Of a stretch of DNA of 64,000 nt, positions 1-9,342 are shown piece after piece. The position numbers and the translations under genes were made by a program. Source of the stretch: an uncultured bacterium (GTDB taxonomy: Bacteria > Chlamydiota > Chlamydiia > Chlamydiales > SM23-39); contig OY970323.1 of assembly GCA_963716985.1 (NCBI GenBank), forward strand, positions 1,696,001-1,760,000. Reading direction: 5' to 3'. The notes beneath the pieces are model-generated. The model made no database searches. It was not told where the DNA came from and worked only from the letters and a program-made list of their open reading frames with translations. How positions within the stretch are numbered: position 1 is the first letter of the stretch; each line of letters begins with the position of its first letter.

Positions 1-418
1 TGATCTCTTTCTTGAACTCTTGCAGAAAGCGATCCTCTTTATCTAAAAGTTGCCCATTTTTCAAATGCACCACAATTTCCAGCCGCTGCTTTTTTCTTCG
101 GAAGACTTCAATTGCGATCTTTTTCTCTGGATGCTTCTTCTCGCAAAAATGCAAAATAGCCTCTTGAATCAGAGAAAGGCTTACCTCATAAGAACTGATT
201 TTAAACGTCAAAGCAGAGCCAGAGACGAGAGAAAAATGACCCAAAACAAAAAATATTCCAAATACCATCAAGCCAAGTCCAAGAAGAGAAAAAAGAGGCA
301 GATGGGAAAAAAACAGGGAGGTCAATTGCTGAGAAAAAGGAAGGGAGAAAAAAAGAAGGCCTAATGTCAAAACAAAAAGGGAAAGAAAAAGATGAAATGC
401 ATGGGAAATGTTTCTCAT
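1..418 (-). CDS. Membrane protein downstream of the Asp23 gene (AmaP-like), truncated by window edge
   Basis: Read by hand: ATG at 418 overlaps the Asp23 stop (TGATG). Protein MRNISHAFHLFLSLFVLTLGLLFFSLP... has two hydrophobic segments; open to position 1. Confidence 0.6.
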   Translation of the reverse strand, partial: MRNISHAFHLFLSLFVLTLGLLFFSLPFSQQLTSLFFSHLPLFSLLGLGLMVFGIFFVLGHFSLVSGSALTFKISSYEVSLSLIQEAILHFCEKKHPEKKIAIEVFRRKKQRLEIVVHLKNGQLLDKEDRFLQEFKKEI

Positions 419-885
419 CAAAACCCATCGCCGTAAGGAATGGAGGGCGCCTCCGTTTTTTCCACCACCTCCGGAACCGGCTTCATTCCCGAGAGAAACA
501 AGCCTTTGAAAATCACGTGAACGCGAGATACGTGAAGGCCCGTCAAGCTGCTTATCTCTTCAACAATCTTATTTTGAATCTCCTCAGCCTTTTCGGGGAT
601 CGAAATCCCATAGAGAATATTCACTTCTACATCAATAGAAACCGAATGCTGTTTAAGATCCTGCTCAATCGAAATTCCCTTCATGCAATCCATCCCCTCC
701 CTTCCCAGGAGATTGTCGATCAGAGTGCCTCCCAATAGAGAAACGCCATCGATCTTTGCGATACATTGCAGGATAATCGACTGAAAGACCTTGCTTTCGA
801 TATCTCGGGAAAAAAGGGTCTCGGGAAGTTCTAGCTCCCTTTGATCCATTTCTTTTAAAGGATTTTTTCGCAGCTTGTTCATCAT
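418..885 (-). CDS. Asp23/Gls24 family envelope stress response protein
   Basis: V-x-I-D-V-E-V-N-I-L-Y-G-I-S-I-P-E-K-A-E-E-I-Q-N-K-I...LTGLHVSRVHV pattern. Confidence 0.85.
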   Translation of the reverse strand: MMNKLRKNPLKEMDQRELELPETLFSRDIESKVFQSIILQCIAKIDGVSLLGGTLIDNLLGREGMDCMKGISIEQDLKQHSVSIDVEVNILYGISIPEKAEEIQNKIVEEISSLTGLHVSRVHVIFKGLFLSGMKPVPEVVEKTEAPSIPYGDGF

Positions 886-1015
886 AAAAGGTCGATTCCG
901 CTTTTAACAAAATTATATCCGATTGGTGATTTTTTGCAAAATCTAGGAAAATCTTTTTTTTCTCTTTCAAGAATCTATCTAAGTTATTTAAAATACGAAT
1001 GAAAGGGAAATTTTT

Positions 1016-1453
1016 ATGAACTTTTTTCTCCAATTATTTATTGCTTCTGCTCTTTTTGGAGCTTCTTGCAGCTATTTAGCTTATAAAAAGCAAAAAAATC
1101 CGTACGTATGGTTCGCTGTCGGTTTTTGCTTAGGGATTTTTGGACTTATTTTTCTCTTTTTTCAAATATTGGCTCACCCCAAACAAAAAATTTCCATGAC
1201 AAGGCAGAGGGCGGAAAAGAAAAAAGAGGGGGAAAGCTCTCTCCATTCGCTCTCTTCCTATTCGGACATGACGTGGTATTACGTAGATGCAAAAAATCAA
1301 CAAATGGGACCCATCAGCCACAACTTGTTGAAGGAAAAAATACAAAATGGAACGATTTCCATTTCCTCTCTTGTTTGGAACGAAAACCTTCCTGAATGGA
1401 AAAAACTTCAAGAACTCTTAAACAAGAAAGAACCTTCTACCAACTCGCTTTAA
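1016..1453 (+). CDS. Membrane protein with GYF_2 (DUF4339) domain
   Basis: Two N-terminal TM helices; WYY..QQMGPIS...[12 protein letters not shown] motif. Confidence 0.8.
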   Translation: MNFFLQLFIASALFGASCSYLAYKKQKNPYVWFAVGFCLGIFGLIFLFFQILAHPKQKISMTRQRAEKKKEGESSLHSLSSYSDMTWYYVDAKNQQMGPISHNLLKEKIQNGTISISSLVWNENLPEWKKLQELLNKKEPSTNSL

Positions 1454-1742
1454 CGATGCCCGGAATAAATCCTTGACGGGCAAGTTCTCTAAAACAAAGG
1501 CGAGAAAGTTTGAATTTTCGAAGATATCCTCGGCTTCTTCCTGTCATCAGACAACGATTTCTTCTTCTCACGGAGGAAGAATTTCTTGGCATTTTATTGA
1601 GCAGGTTCACAGCAGTCATGCGCTCTTCATCGCTCTTTCCCATGTCTAAAATGATCTTTTTAAGATCCTGTCGCTTTTCCCATTTGGCCTGAGACATGCG
1701 CGCTCTTTTCTTTTCTCTTGCAACGGATGATTTCTTTGCCAT
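1437..1742 (-). CDS. rpsN: 30S ribosomal protein S14 (long, Zn-free type)
   Basis: [10 protein letters not shown]...[39 protein letters not shown]. Confidence 0.98.
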   Translation of the reverse strand: MAKKSSVAREKKRARMSQAKWEKRQDLKKIILDMGKSDEERMTAVNLLNKMPRNSSSVRRRNRCLMTGRSRGYLRKFKLSRLCFRELARQGFIPGIVKASW

Positions 1743-1754
1743 AGCTCCTCAAAA

Positions 1755-1892
1755 TTATTTTTTTCGTCCGGGTCCCTTTTGTCTCTGCTTGCGGTTGGGA
1801 TCCTTTTTGTTAATTACGTAAATACGTCCTTTGCGTCGGACAATCTTATCGCCTTTGGAAAAATCGGCTCTCACGGAAGATTTGACTTTCAT
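1755..1892 (-). CDS. rpmJ: 50S ribosomal protein L36 (Zn-free type)
   Basis: MKVKSSV...[23 protein letters not shown]; start ATG at 1892. Confidence 0.95.
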   Translation of the reverse strand: MKVKSSVRADFSKGDKIVRRKGRIYVINKKDPNRKQRQKGPGRKK

Positions 1893-2028
1893 TTCTATCC
1901 TCGGTAAATGTAAACCTAACTTTATACTGAAAAAAGCCATTTCTTTTCAACGATTTCCTTCTTGAAGAATTTATCCCCTATAGGTTATCTTTACTGCTAT
2001 CAAAAACATTTTAAAACGGGATGTAATC

Positions 2029-2163
2029 ATGAAGCGAACCTACCAACCGAGCAAAAGACGGCGCAAGAAAACACTTGGATTTAGAGTCAAAATGAGAACC
2101 GCAAATGGCCGAAAAGTCATTGCAAGGCGAAGAAGGGTAAAAAGAAAAAGACTCTGCGTGTGA
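2029..2163 (+). CDS. rpmH: 50S ribosomal protein L34 (not in the ORF track)
   Basis: Translated by hand: [44 protein letters not shown]; overlaps rnpA start. Confidence 0.97.
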   Translation: MKRTYQPSKRRRKKTLGFRVKMRTANGRKVIARRRRVKRKRLCV

Positions 2164-2498
2164 AAAAGAGATTTTCTAAGAAAAGCCGCCTACTAAAATC
2201 CTATCAATTTCAACGGGTTATTCGGAAAGGAAGGTCCTTTTCAGGCAGATATATTGTGGCTCACCTTTTTTTTGGCAATTCTCTTCAACCCAAGCTTGGG
2301 CTGACCGTTTCGAAGCATTTTGGGAAAGCAGCGAAACGAAGCCGTTTCAAGCGTCTTGTTCGGGAAGCCTTTCGTACATCGCTCCCCCAGCTTCCTCCTT
2401 CTCTGGAAATGCACATTAAGCCAAGACAGAATCTTCTTGGAGTGAAGATGCAGGAAATTCAACAAGAACTTATTTCCTCACTGCAGCATGTCTCATAA
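2160..2498 (+). CDS. rnpA: Ribonuclease P protein component
   Basis: [36 protein letters not shown]; follows rpmH. Confidence 0.95.
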   Translation: MKKRFSKKSRLLKSYQFQRVIRKGRSFSGRYIVAHLFFGNSLQPKLGLTVSKHFGKAAKRSRFKRLVREAFRTSLPQLPPSLEMHIKPRQNLLGVKMQEIQQELISSLQHVS

Positions 2499-4461
2499 TT
2501 CGTCACTCAATCCCGAGCAGCTGCGCGCCGTTTTATCAAAAAAAGGGCGGATACTCGTGCTTGCCGGAGCGGGAAGCGGGAAAACGCGCGTCATCGCTCA
2601 TCGTATTGCGCATCTCATCCGTGAGGGAGTTTCCCCAAAAGCTATATTAGGATTAACCTTCACCAACAAAGCAGCCCTGGAAATGCAGGAGCGCATCGCG
2701 TCCATGGTGGGAAAAGAGAAAAGCAAAGAAATTACCCTCTCCACCTTTCATAGCTTTTGCATGAAAGTGCTGCGCAAGGAGATCCATCACTTAGGCTACT
2801 CCCCTCACTTCAGTCTTTACGATGAGCGCGATCTAGAGCGCTTGATACGAAGATCGGCCAAAGATCTCTTTGCACCGGAAGATCTGGCTTTAAGCAAAAT
2901 ATCAGCCGCCATTTTCTCAGCCAAAAGCAAAGGGTTAAACGCCGCCGCTCTTCCATCGATCGGAAGCCAAGAAGAGGACCTTCTTTTCCGAGAAATTTAT
3001 CTTCAGCTCACCACCGCTCTTCGCGCTTATAACGCCGTTGATTTCGACCATCTGCTGCTCTTAACGCTGCAACTTTTCGAAGAACACGCAGAAATTCTCG
3101 ACCTCTATCGCTTGCGATTGGAACACATCTTAATCGATGAATACCAGGACACAAATCCCGTCCAATTTCGCATCGCAGAGCTTTTGTCTTCCCACCACAA
3201 ACGTCTCTTCGTCGTTGGAGATGATGATCAATCCATTTATGGATGGAGAGGCGCAGAGGTGCGCCATATTCTGAACTACGATGCCGAAGAGATCATCAAA
3301 CTCGAACAAAATTATCGCTCCACCCCGACTATTTTAGACGCCGCCAACCAGGTCATTGCAAAAAACGAACATCGCCATAAAAAGAATCTTTGGACCTCCA
3401 AACCAAGGGGAGAAAAAATTACCCTCTTTCATGCACCGACAGAGGCCGAAGAAGCGGATGGAGTTGTTCAAAGAATTCTTGCTTTGAAAGAAAGCCACCG
3501 CCTCCGGTGGAAAGAGATCGCCATCCTCTATCGATCCCATGCGCAATCGAGAAATTTGGAAATTGCTCTGATGCAAAAAAATTGGCAAAACGAAGGAAAA
3601 TGGATGCGCGGCATTCCCTATGAGATCTGGGGAGGGGTGGAATTTGCAGAAAGGGGAGAGGTCAAAGATCTTCTCTCTTATCTTCGCTCAATCGTCAATC
3701 CTTATGATCAAGAAGCCCTCTTGCGCATACTCAACGTTCCAAGGCGCGGAATATCCACTCAAACGCTCGAGCAGCTGCAGGACATCTCTCATACGGAAAA
3801 AATCCCCCTTTGGCCTCTCTTAAAAAAAATCGCCAGCGGAGAGAAAGCCCTCTTACTGCAGCCAAGGACGCAAAAGGGAATTGTCTCCTTTGTGCAAACA
3901 ATCCAAGAAGCTCAAGAGCGATTTTCAAAAAAGCCCCTCTCCCCGTCGCTGGAGTGGTTTGTGGAAGCGATCCACTACCAAAAAGCCATCGAAGAAGAGG
4001 TGAAAAGCGAGCAGGCGCGTCTTTGGAAATGGGAAAACGTCCAAGAATGCATCAACGCTCTTGCCGTTTTTGAAGAAGAAGAAAAGGAGGCCTCTCTGCA
4101 GGATTTCATTGCGACCCTGCTCTTAAACAACGATGCTTTAGCCGGAAAAAAGGAAAGAAGGAGAGAAGCCGTCCAACTGATGACCTTCCATGGCGCCAAG
4201 GGGCTCGAATTTCGCGCCTGCTTTTTAGTGGGGCTTGAAGATCATATTCTTCCCCATGAGAAGAGCCTGAAAGAGGCGGGAGTGGAAGAAGAACGAAGGC
4301 TCTTCTACGTAGCCCTAACAAGAGCGATGGATTTTTTAACGCTCAGCATGTCGCGCTCTCGAAGGAGGGGGGAAAAGCAGATCCCCACCCATCCTTCGCG
4401 TTTTCTTTTAGATGTTCCCAAAGACCTGCTCCACATCATTTCCTGGAAAACTCTTGGTTAG
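2488..4461 (+). CDS. UvrD/PcrA/Rep superfamily 1 DNA helicase
   Basis: AGAGSGKT, TFTNKAA, DEYQDTN, VGDDDQSIYGWRGA, LEQNYRS, TFHGAKGLEF, EERRLFYVALTRA. Confidence 0.97.
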   Translation: MSHNSSLNPEQLRAVLSKKGRILVLAGAGSGKTRVIAHRIAHLIREGVSPKAILGLTFTNKAALEMQERIASMVGKEKSKEITLSTFHSFCMKVLRKEIHHLGYSPHFSLYDERDLERLIRRSAKDLFAPEDLALSKISAAIFSAKSKGLNAAALPSIGSQEEDLLFREIYLQLTTALRAYNAVDFDHLLLLTLQLFEEHAEILDLYRLRLEHILIDEYQDTNPVQFRIAELLSSHHKRLFVVGDDDQSIYGWRGAEVRHILNYDAEEIIKLEQNYRSTPTILDAANQVIAKNEHRHKKNLWTSKPRGEKITLFHAPTEAEEADGVVQRILALKESHRLRWKEIAILYRSHAQSRNLEIALMQKNWQNEGKWMRGIPYEIWGGVEFAERGEVKDLLSYLRSIVNPYDQEALLRILNVPRRGISTQTLEQLQDISHTEKIPLWPLLKKIASGEKALLLQPRTQKGIVSFVQTIQEAQERFSKKPLSPSLEWFVEAIHYQKAIEEEVKSEQARLWKWENVQECINALAVFEEEEKEASLQDFIATLLLNNDALAGKKERRREAVQLMTFHGAKGLEFRACFLVGLEDHILPHEKSLKEAGVEEERRLFYVALTRAMDFLTLSMSRSRRRGEKQIPTHPSRFLLDVPKDLLHIISWKTLG

Positions 4462-5428
4462 GCGATTTTTCTTTGAGATAGCGGATCGTCTGAGCCAACT
4501 CCTTTTTGATTGGAGAGGGCGCAAAGCGATAGGCATTTCTTGCATAAAAAAGAGCCATCTTCTCCTCTCCTCGCTGAGAGAGAAACTGTGAAATGGTCAT
4601 CTGGAGAAGCCAGAGATGTTGTTTCTCCCCTTTTCCAAAAAGATCCATATAACGAACCAAAGGGGCAATGGCCGTTTCGGGACCGGTTTTCTTGGAATTT
4701 TCATAAAAATCTAAAAAAGCCAACTGCAGATGCAGCCCTAAATGATTATGGGGGTCCAGGTTTTCGATTTCTCGTCGCTTTTCCAAAACGAGCGCCAAAT
4801 CCCTCTCCTCCTGCTGCAAAAGCAGAGCATAATGATCCAAAAGAGCGGAAAAAAAACGACCCGAATAAAAGAGTGGCCAATTTTTCTTCAAAGCACACTC
4901 CCGGGTGTTTTGAGAAAAAAGCTGATCCCCATTCTGCTTCTTCCTCTTTTTAAACGCCTCCCCCGTGTCCGCAGATTGAGTGAGAAGTTTCTTCATTTCC
5001 GAAGCATATTTCTTCCCGGAAAAAGGAAGGTAGCTGATTTGAGAAATCATCTCCTTTTGGAGGTCGAGAAGAACCACCATCGGCACTTTTTCCACGCGAA
5101 AAAAAGAGGATTCATTTTCGGACTTTTCGGCATCTAAACGAACAAAAACGAAGAGATCCTGCATCTCCTGCATAAATCCCCTATCTTCCAAAATTTCTCT
5201 TTGCATCTTCAAACACCAAGGAGAATTTTTTTTCTCAAAATAGAGAAAGATGTGCTTTTTCTCTTTTGCGGCCATGCCCAAAGCCTCCTCCAAACTTCTT
5301 CTCCAATCAATCGGCCTGTCTTGAGCAAGGACAGACGGCAACGCTGGAAACAGATGGAGAAAAGCTGCTGCCTTAAATTGAAGAAAAAGGACAAAAAGAA
5401 TTAAGATCAAGGGGATGATCTTTTTCAT
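4436..5428 (-). CDS. Exported thioredoxin-fold protein (DsbH-like) with helical C-terminus
   Basis: Signal peptide; IDWRRSLEEALGMAAKEKKHIFLYF...SPWCLKMQREIL; FRVEKVP. Confidence 0.7.
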   Translation of the reverse strand: MKKIIPLILILFVLFLQFKAAAFLHLFPALPSVLAQDRPIDWRRSLEEALGMAAKEKKHIFLYFEKKNSPWCLKMQREILEDRGFMQEMQDLFVFVRLDAEKSENESSFFRVEKVPMVVLLDLQKEMISQISYLPFSGKKYASEMKKLLTQSADTGEAFKKRKKQNGDQLFSQNTRECALKKNWPLFYSGRFFSALLDHYALLLQQEERDLALVLEKRREIENLDPHNHLGLHLQLAFLDFYENSKKTGPETAIAPLVRYMDLFGKGEKQHLWLLQMTISQFLSQRGEEKMALFYARNAYRFAPSPIKKELAQTIRYLKEKSPNQEFSRK

Positions 5429-5482
5429 CGATGAACCGGTTTTATTTTCTGTTTACTCTCTTTAACAATTTTTTCAAACAAA

Positions 5483-5953
5483 ATGGCACACCTCCCCACC
5501 CTGATCTTACGCCACCGGAAAGAAAACCGAAAAAAATGCTCCCTAACACCTCTGGAAAAACTTCCCCGCTTTATTTTCTTGACCTATCCTAAAGATCCTC
5601 TGATCGATCTCTCTTCCTATCTTCTTCTCTCTCTGGAGGGAGAGCCTCTCACAGAGCAAGACAAAGGGAAGGGAATTTGCCTCATCGATGCCACCTGGCG
5701 CTATGCAAGCCTGATGCAAGAATGGTTGCTTTCTCAACAAAAAATCCCTCTTCGCTCGCTGCCGAGTTGCGCAAGCAGCGCCTACCCCCGCAAACAAACC
5801 GCCTGTGCGGATCCTGATCGGGGCCTTGCCTCCATCGAAGCACTTTTTCTTGCCTTCCGGATCTTAAAAATGGAAAACAAAAATCTTCTCGACCGGTACT
5901 ATTGGCAAGAAGATTTTTTACAAAAAAATGCCGCACTCTTAAAGAACCTTTAA
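5483..5953 (+). CDS. DUF367/Tsr3-like aminocarboxypropyltransferase family protein
   Basis: KKCSL..L, LIDATWRYA, RSLP, LASIEAL motifs. Confidence 0.75.
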   Translation: MAHLPTLILRHRKENRKKCSLTPLEKLPRFIFLTYPKDPLIDLSSYLLLSLEGEPLTEQDKGKGICLIDATWRYASLMQEWLLSQQKIPLRSLPSCASSAYPRKQTACADPDRGLASIEALFLAFRILKMENKNLLDRYYWQEDFLQKNAALLKNL

Positions 5954-6549
5954 TGGCACAAACAGAGGCCTTTTTTCTCTTTTGCCTTTTGGAAAGCCTC
6001 GACATAGCAGCGATAACAGACGGGAAAGTAGAGCTCTTCCGCTCCCAGCTGGATACTTGGCCCCTCTCGGGTTGCAATGCCGTTGACATGCTTCAAATTG
6101 AAAATGGATTTTTTGTTGCAGAAATAACAGGTCGACTTGACCTCTTCGATCGAATCTGCGAGCTCCATGAGGCGCCTGGATCCTTCAAAAAGAAAGGATT
6201 TGAAATCCGTACGCAGCCCATAGCAAATGACGGGAATTTCCATTTCTAAAGAGATTTCTCGCAGCTGGTCGATGATCGAAGCGCTAACAAATTGTGCTTC
6301 ATCCACTAAAATGCAGCTAATGCCCTCCAGCTTTTCTCTGGGGATACTCGTCTCTTTCCCCACCAGAAGATCGGCATCCATCTCCAATCCCGCCCGCGAT
6401 CGCACCTTTTCTTTTCCAAAACGGACATCCATCTCCGGCTTGATCAAAAAAACTTCTTTTCCCTGCTGTCGATAATTATGACAAACTGCTAGTAGATTCA
6501 ACGTTTTTGCGCTTCCAACGGTTCCATAACGAAAATAGAGCTTGGCCAT
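5950..6549 (-). CDS. tdk: Thymidine kinase (type II)
   Basis: MAKLYFRYG..GSAKT, LVDEAQF, VICYGLRTDFK..LFEGS.RLMELAD, CYFC...VCYRCY Zn site. Confidence 0.95.
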   Translation of the reverse strand: MAKLYFRYGTVGSAKTLNLLAVCHNYRQQGKEVFLIKPEMDVRFGKEKVRSRAGLEMDADLLVGKETSIPREKLEGISCILVDEAQFVSASIIDQLREISLEMEIPVICYGLRTDFKSFLFEGSRRLMELADSIEEVKSTCYFCNKKSIFNLKHVNGIATREGPSIQLGAEELYFPVCYRCYVEAFQKAKEKKGLCLCH

Positions 6550-6735
6550 ACAACACCTCCTGCCTTTCAAAAGAGTAATACAGGAAGCTCTTTTTGAAAA
6601 TCTTCTTTTGAGAAAAAATCTTCTCTTCCGGCGCAGAAATTTTTAAAAAAAAGACTCCTTCGCCATTTTTTCCGCATTCATCTTCACCAGGTCGTTCAAA
6701 CGCTCAAAAGGAAAAGTTCTCTGATCGTTTTTTCT

Positions 6736-6993
6736 CTATTTTTTACACTTGTCGACACAGCGATTATAGAGATAACCCAGAAGCCATCCGAAAAGGGCGC
6801 CTTCAATAAAGCCCCAAAAAGCTCCAATCATACCGCCAATCAAAGAAGGCCCAAATCCCGGATAGAAAGAAGCAATGAGCTGCAGCCCCTCAAGGCCCCA
6901 TCCCCAAAAAAAGCCTAAAAGTGCATAGCTCAACATAAAAATTGCATTGGCAAGACCGAGCGAGACAGCCAAAGCTTTGACATGAAATTTCAT
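6736..6993 (-). CDS. Small two-TM Gly-rich membrane protein
   Basis: YPGFGPSLIGGMIGAFWGFIEGALFGWLLGYLYN; RBS AGGAGAGG upstream. Confidence 0.7.
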   Translation of the reverse strand: MKFHVKALAVSLGLANAIFMLSYALLGFFWGWGLEGLQLIASFYPGFGPSLIGGMIGAFWGFIEGALFGWLLGYLYNRCVDKCKK

Positions 6994-7357
6994 GACCCTC
7001 TCCTTTCAATTAGAATCAAACAATAACCGCAGACTATAAAAAATGATTTAATCATGCAATATTTTTTAAAAAACAAACTATACATATAAAAATCGACAAT
7101 AAATGTTGATCTGCATGGCTTTTAATTAATTTATGGCTGTTTTGAGTTAATTTTTACTCGTTTTAGCAAGTCGGTCGTTTTCCCGAACGCAGCTTCATGC
7201 AACCGGAAAGATGCAAAAAAATCATGGATTCTTATAAAAATTAAGAGAAAATAATCTGCATTGGACTATACTTAGTTTGATTTTCCATTTGTAGACAAAA
7301 CGCGCAAATGGGAAAAGAGGCCTTAATCACTTAAAAAACCGCGAACTTGTCGAATTT

Positions 7358-8572
7358 GTGCAGCCAAACATCTATTCCTTTCAAGAGCATTTGATCCCCC
7401 CCGAGAAGATCGACTCTCATGCCTTCTACGTGATCGAAAAACTGAGAAATGCAGGTTTTTTGGCCTATCTTGTCGGAGGAAGCGTTCGCGACCTTCTTCT
7501 AAACGTGCGTCCCAAAGATTTTGACATCTCTACCTCGGCCAAACCCGAAGAGATCAAGCACCTTTTTCGAGGAAACTGCATTTTGATCGGCAGAAGATTC
7601 CGACTCGCCCACGTGCGCTTCGGAAAAAAAGTCTTAGAAGTTTCTACTTTCCGAGCGGGAGATATCGAATCCGAAGCTCTCGTCCTTCGAGACAACATCT
7701 GGGGCTCCCCGCAAGAAGATGCTCTACGGCGCGACTTTACCATCAACGGACTCTTTTATGATCCACAAAGCCAGAACGTTATTGATTATGTCAATGGCTT
7801 TGATGATGCCAAAAAGAAAATATTGCGCACCATCGGCAACCCTCGGCTCCGTTTCATCCAAGACCCCGTACGCATGATCCGCCTGCTCAAATTTCATGCC
7901 CGATTTGGATTTGCAATCGATGCGGAAACGCAAGCTGCTTTAAGTGAATGCAGAGAGGAGATCAAAAAAAGCTCTCCTGCAAGAATTTTCGAAGAGCTTT
8001 TGCGGATGCTGGAATCGGGCCATTCAAAACAATTCTTCCATCTTTTGCAAAACCAAGGACTTTTATCCCTTCTTTTGCCCAAACTCTCTCTTGTTGTCGA
8101 AAGGGAAAAAACCATCTACGATTATTTACATCAAGCCGATCTTTTAACCAGCAAACATTTTCCCCGCCTTCCCGACAGATCCATTCTTCTCTCATGCCTG
8201 CTCTTCTCCTCTTTGGATAAGAAAATCCACCACCTCACGCAAAAAAGCCCAAAGCTTCATCTGGGCATCATCGCGGAGGAGGCGAAAGAAATGATCCATG
8301 ATTTTTTCCTCCCCCTTTTCCAACTCTCCCGCAACATGAAAGGAATGGTTGTCTCAATCCTCACCCACCAATTTCGTTTGACTCCCCCCTTCGAGATAAA
8401 AAACAGACGCGTGCGCATTCCCTCCGACCCTGCATTTTCTCTCGCACTTCAATTCTTCAATATCCGCTGCATGCTCAATGAACAGCTCCTCCCTACCTTC
8501 ACCCTCTGGAATGAACATCTCATGAGATTTCATAAAATGCACTCGCAAGAAAAAATCGTCCGGCGCCGATGA
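7358..8572 (+). CDS. pcnB: Poly(A) polymerase I
   Basis: LVGGSVRDLLL..PKDFDI; LIGRRFRLAHV (PAP signature); RRDFTING; QDPVRMIR. Confidence 0.93.
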   Translation: MQPNIYSFQEHLIPPEKIDSHAFYVIEKLRNAGFLAYLVGGSVRDLLLNVRPKDFDISTSAKPEEIKHLFRGNCILIGRRFRLAHVRFGKKVLEVSTFRAGDIESEALVLRDNIWGSPQEDALRRDFTINGLFYDPQSQNVIDYVNGFDDAKKKILRTIGNPRLRFIQDPVRMIRLLKFHARFGFAIDAETQAALSECREEIKKSSPARIFEELLRMLESGHSKQFFHLLQNQGLLSLLLPKLSLVVEREKTIYDYLHQADLLTSKHFPRLPDRSILLSCLLFSSLDKKIHHLTQKSPKLHLGIIAEEAKEMIHDFFLPLFQLSRNMKGMVVSILTHQFRLTPPFEIKNRRVRIPSDPAFSLALQFFNIRCMLNEQLLPTFTLWNEHLMRFHKMHSQEKIVRRR

Positions 8573-9342
8573 AAATCAAAGCGCTCAGCCTTCCCCTTCC
8601 GTCCCCTTTACATTTCTTCTATACGGGGCCCGACATCTCCGAAGGAGAGCTACCTGCATTTGTCTATTTTGGCGGCTCGGGAAAGGACTCCCTCTGTCTT
8701 GCCCCTTTCAACGGACCCACTCCTTTTTTAAAAGATCAAGCCCTTCGCGTCATCTCCTGCGATCTGCCCTTTCACTCATCTCCTCCCTATGACGCGGCCA
8801 TTTTGCTTTGGGCAGAAGAGATGAAAAAAGGCAACGATTGCATCTCTCCTTTTTTAGATCAAGTGGTGGAGAGCATCCATCTTTGCATCGATCGAAAGAT
8901 CATCAATCCAAAAAAATTGGCCGTGGGCGGACTTTCAAGAGGCGGCTGGATCGCCTCTCTTGTAGCAGCTAAAGAGCCTCTTTTCTCCCATATTTTATCC
9001 TTCGCTCCCCTGATCGATCCTCTCTATTTAGAAACGTTTCGGGGCCTTGAAAAAAGCCCCATACTCTCCTCTTTGAATCTTTTTTCCCACATCGAAAAAC
9101 TCTTCTTACGCCATATACGCTTTTACATCGGCAATCGCGATCACCGCGTGAGCACAAAAATCGCATTTTCCTTTTTGGAAGATCTGACCGATGCAGCTTT
9201 TGCACACAACATCCGCTCGCCTCCAATCGAAATGATCATGACCCCATCCATCGGAATGCTAGGACATGGGACGCCTCAGACCTCCTTTCAAGAAGGCGCC
9301 CTCTGGCTCGTCCAACAATTTCTACATCGAGAACACTCATGA
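8569..9342 (+). CDS. Alpha/beta hydrolase
   Basis: GGLSRGG nucleophile elbow; GNRDHRV Asp; LGHGT His. Confidence 0.8.
   Translation: MKIKALSLPLPSPLHFFYTGPDISEGELPAFVYFGGSGKDSLCLAPFNGPTPFLKDQALRVISCDLPFHSSPPYDAAILLWAEEMKKGNDCISPFLDQVVESIHLCIDRKIINPKKLAVGGLSRGGWIASLVAAKEPLFSHILSFAPLIDPLYLETFRGLEKSPILSSLNLFSHIEKLFLRHIRFYIGNRDHRVSTKIAFSFLEDLTDAAFAHNIRSPPIEMIMTPSIGMLGHGTPQTSFQEGALWLVQQFLHREHS

Noticed and set aside
50..738. Plus-strand Lys-rich ORFs 50-364 and 364-738
   Set aside because: They are antisense shadows of the minus-strand membrane gene and the Asp23 gene.
6736..6993. Prophage holin
   Set aside because: No endolysin or other phage genes are nearby; treated as a generic small membrane protein.
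7000..7350. ncRNA in the intergenic region before pcnB
   Set aside because: A short GC-richer patch, but no recognisable family motif or convincing structure.
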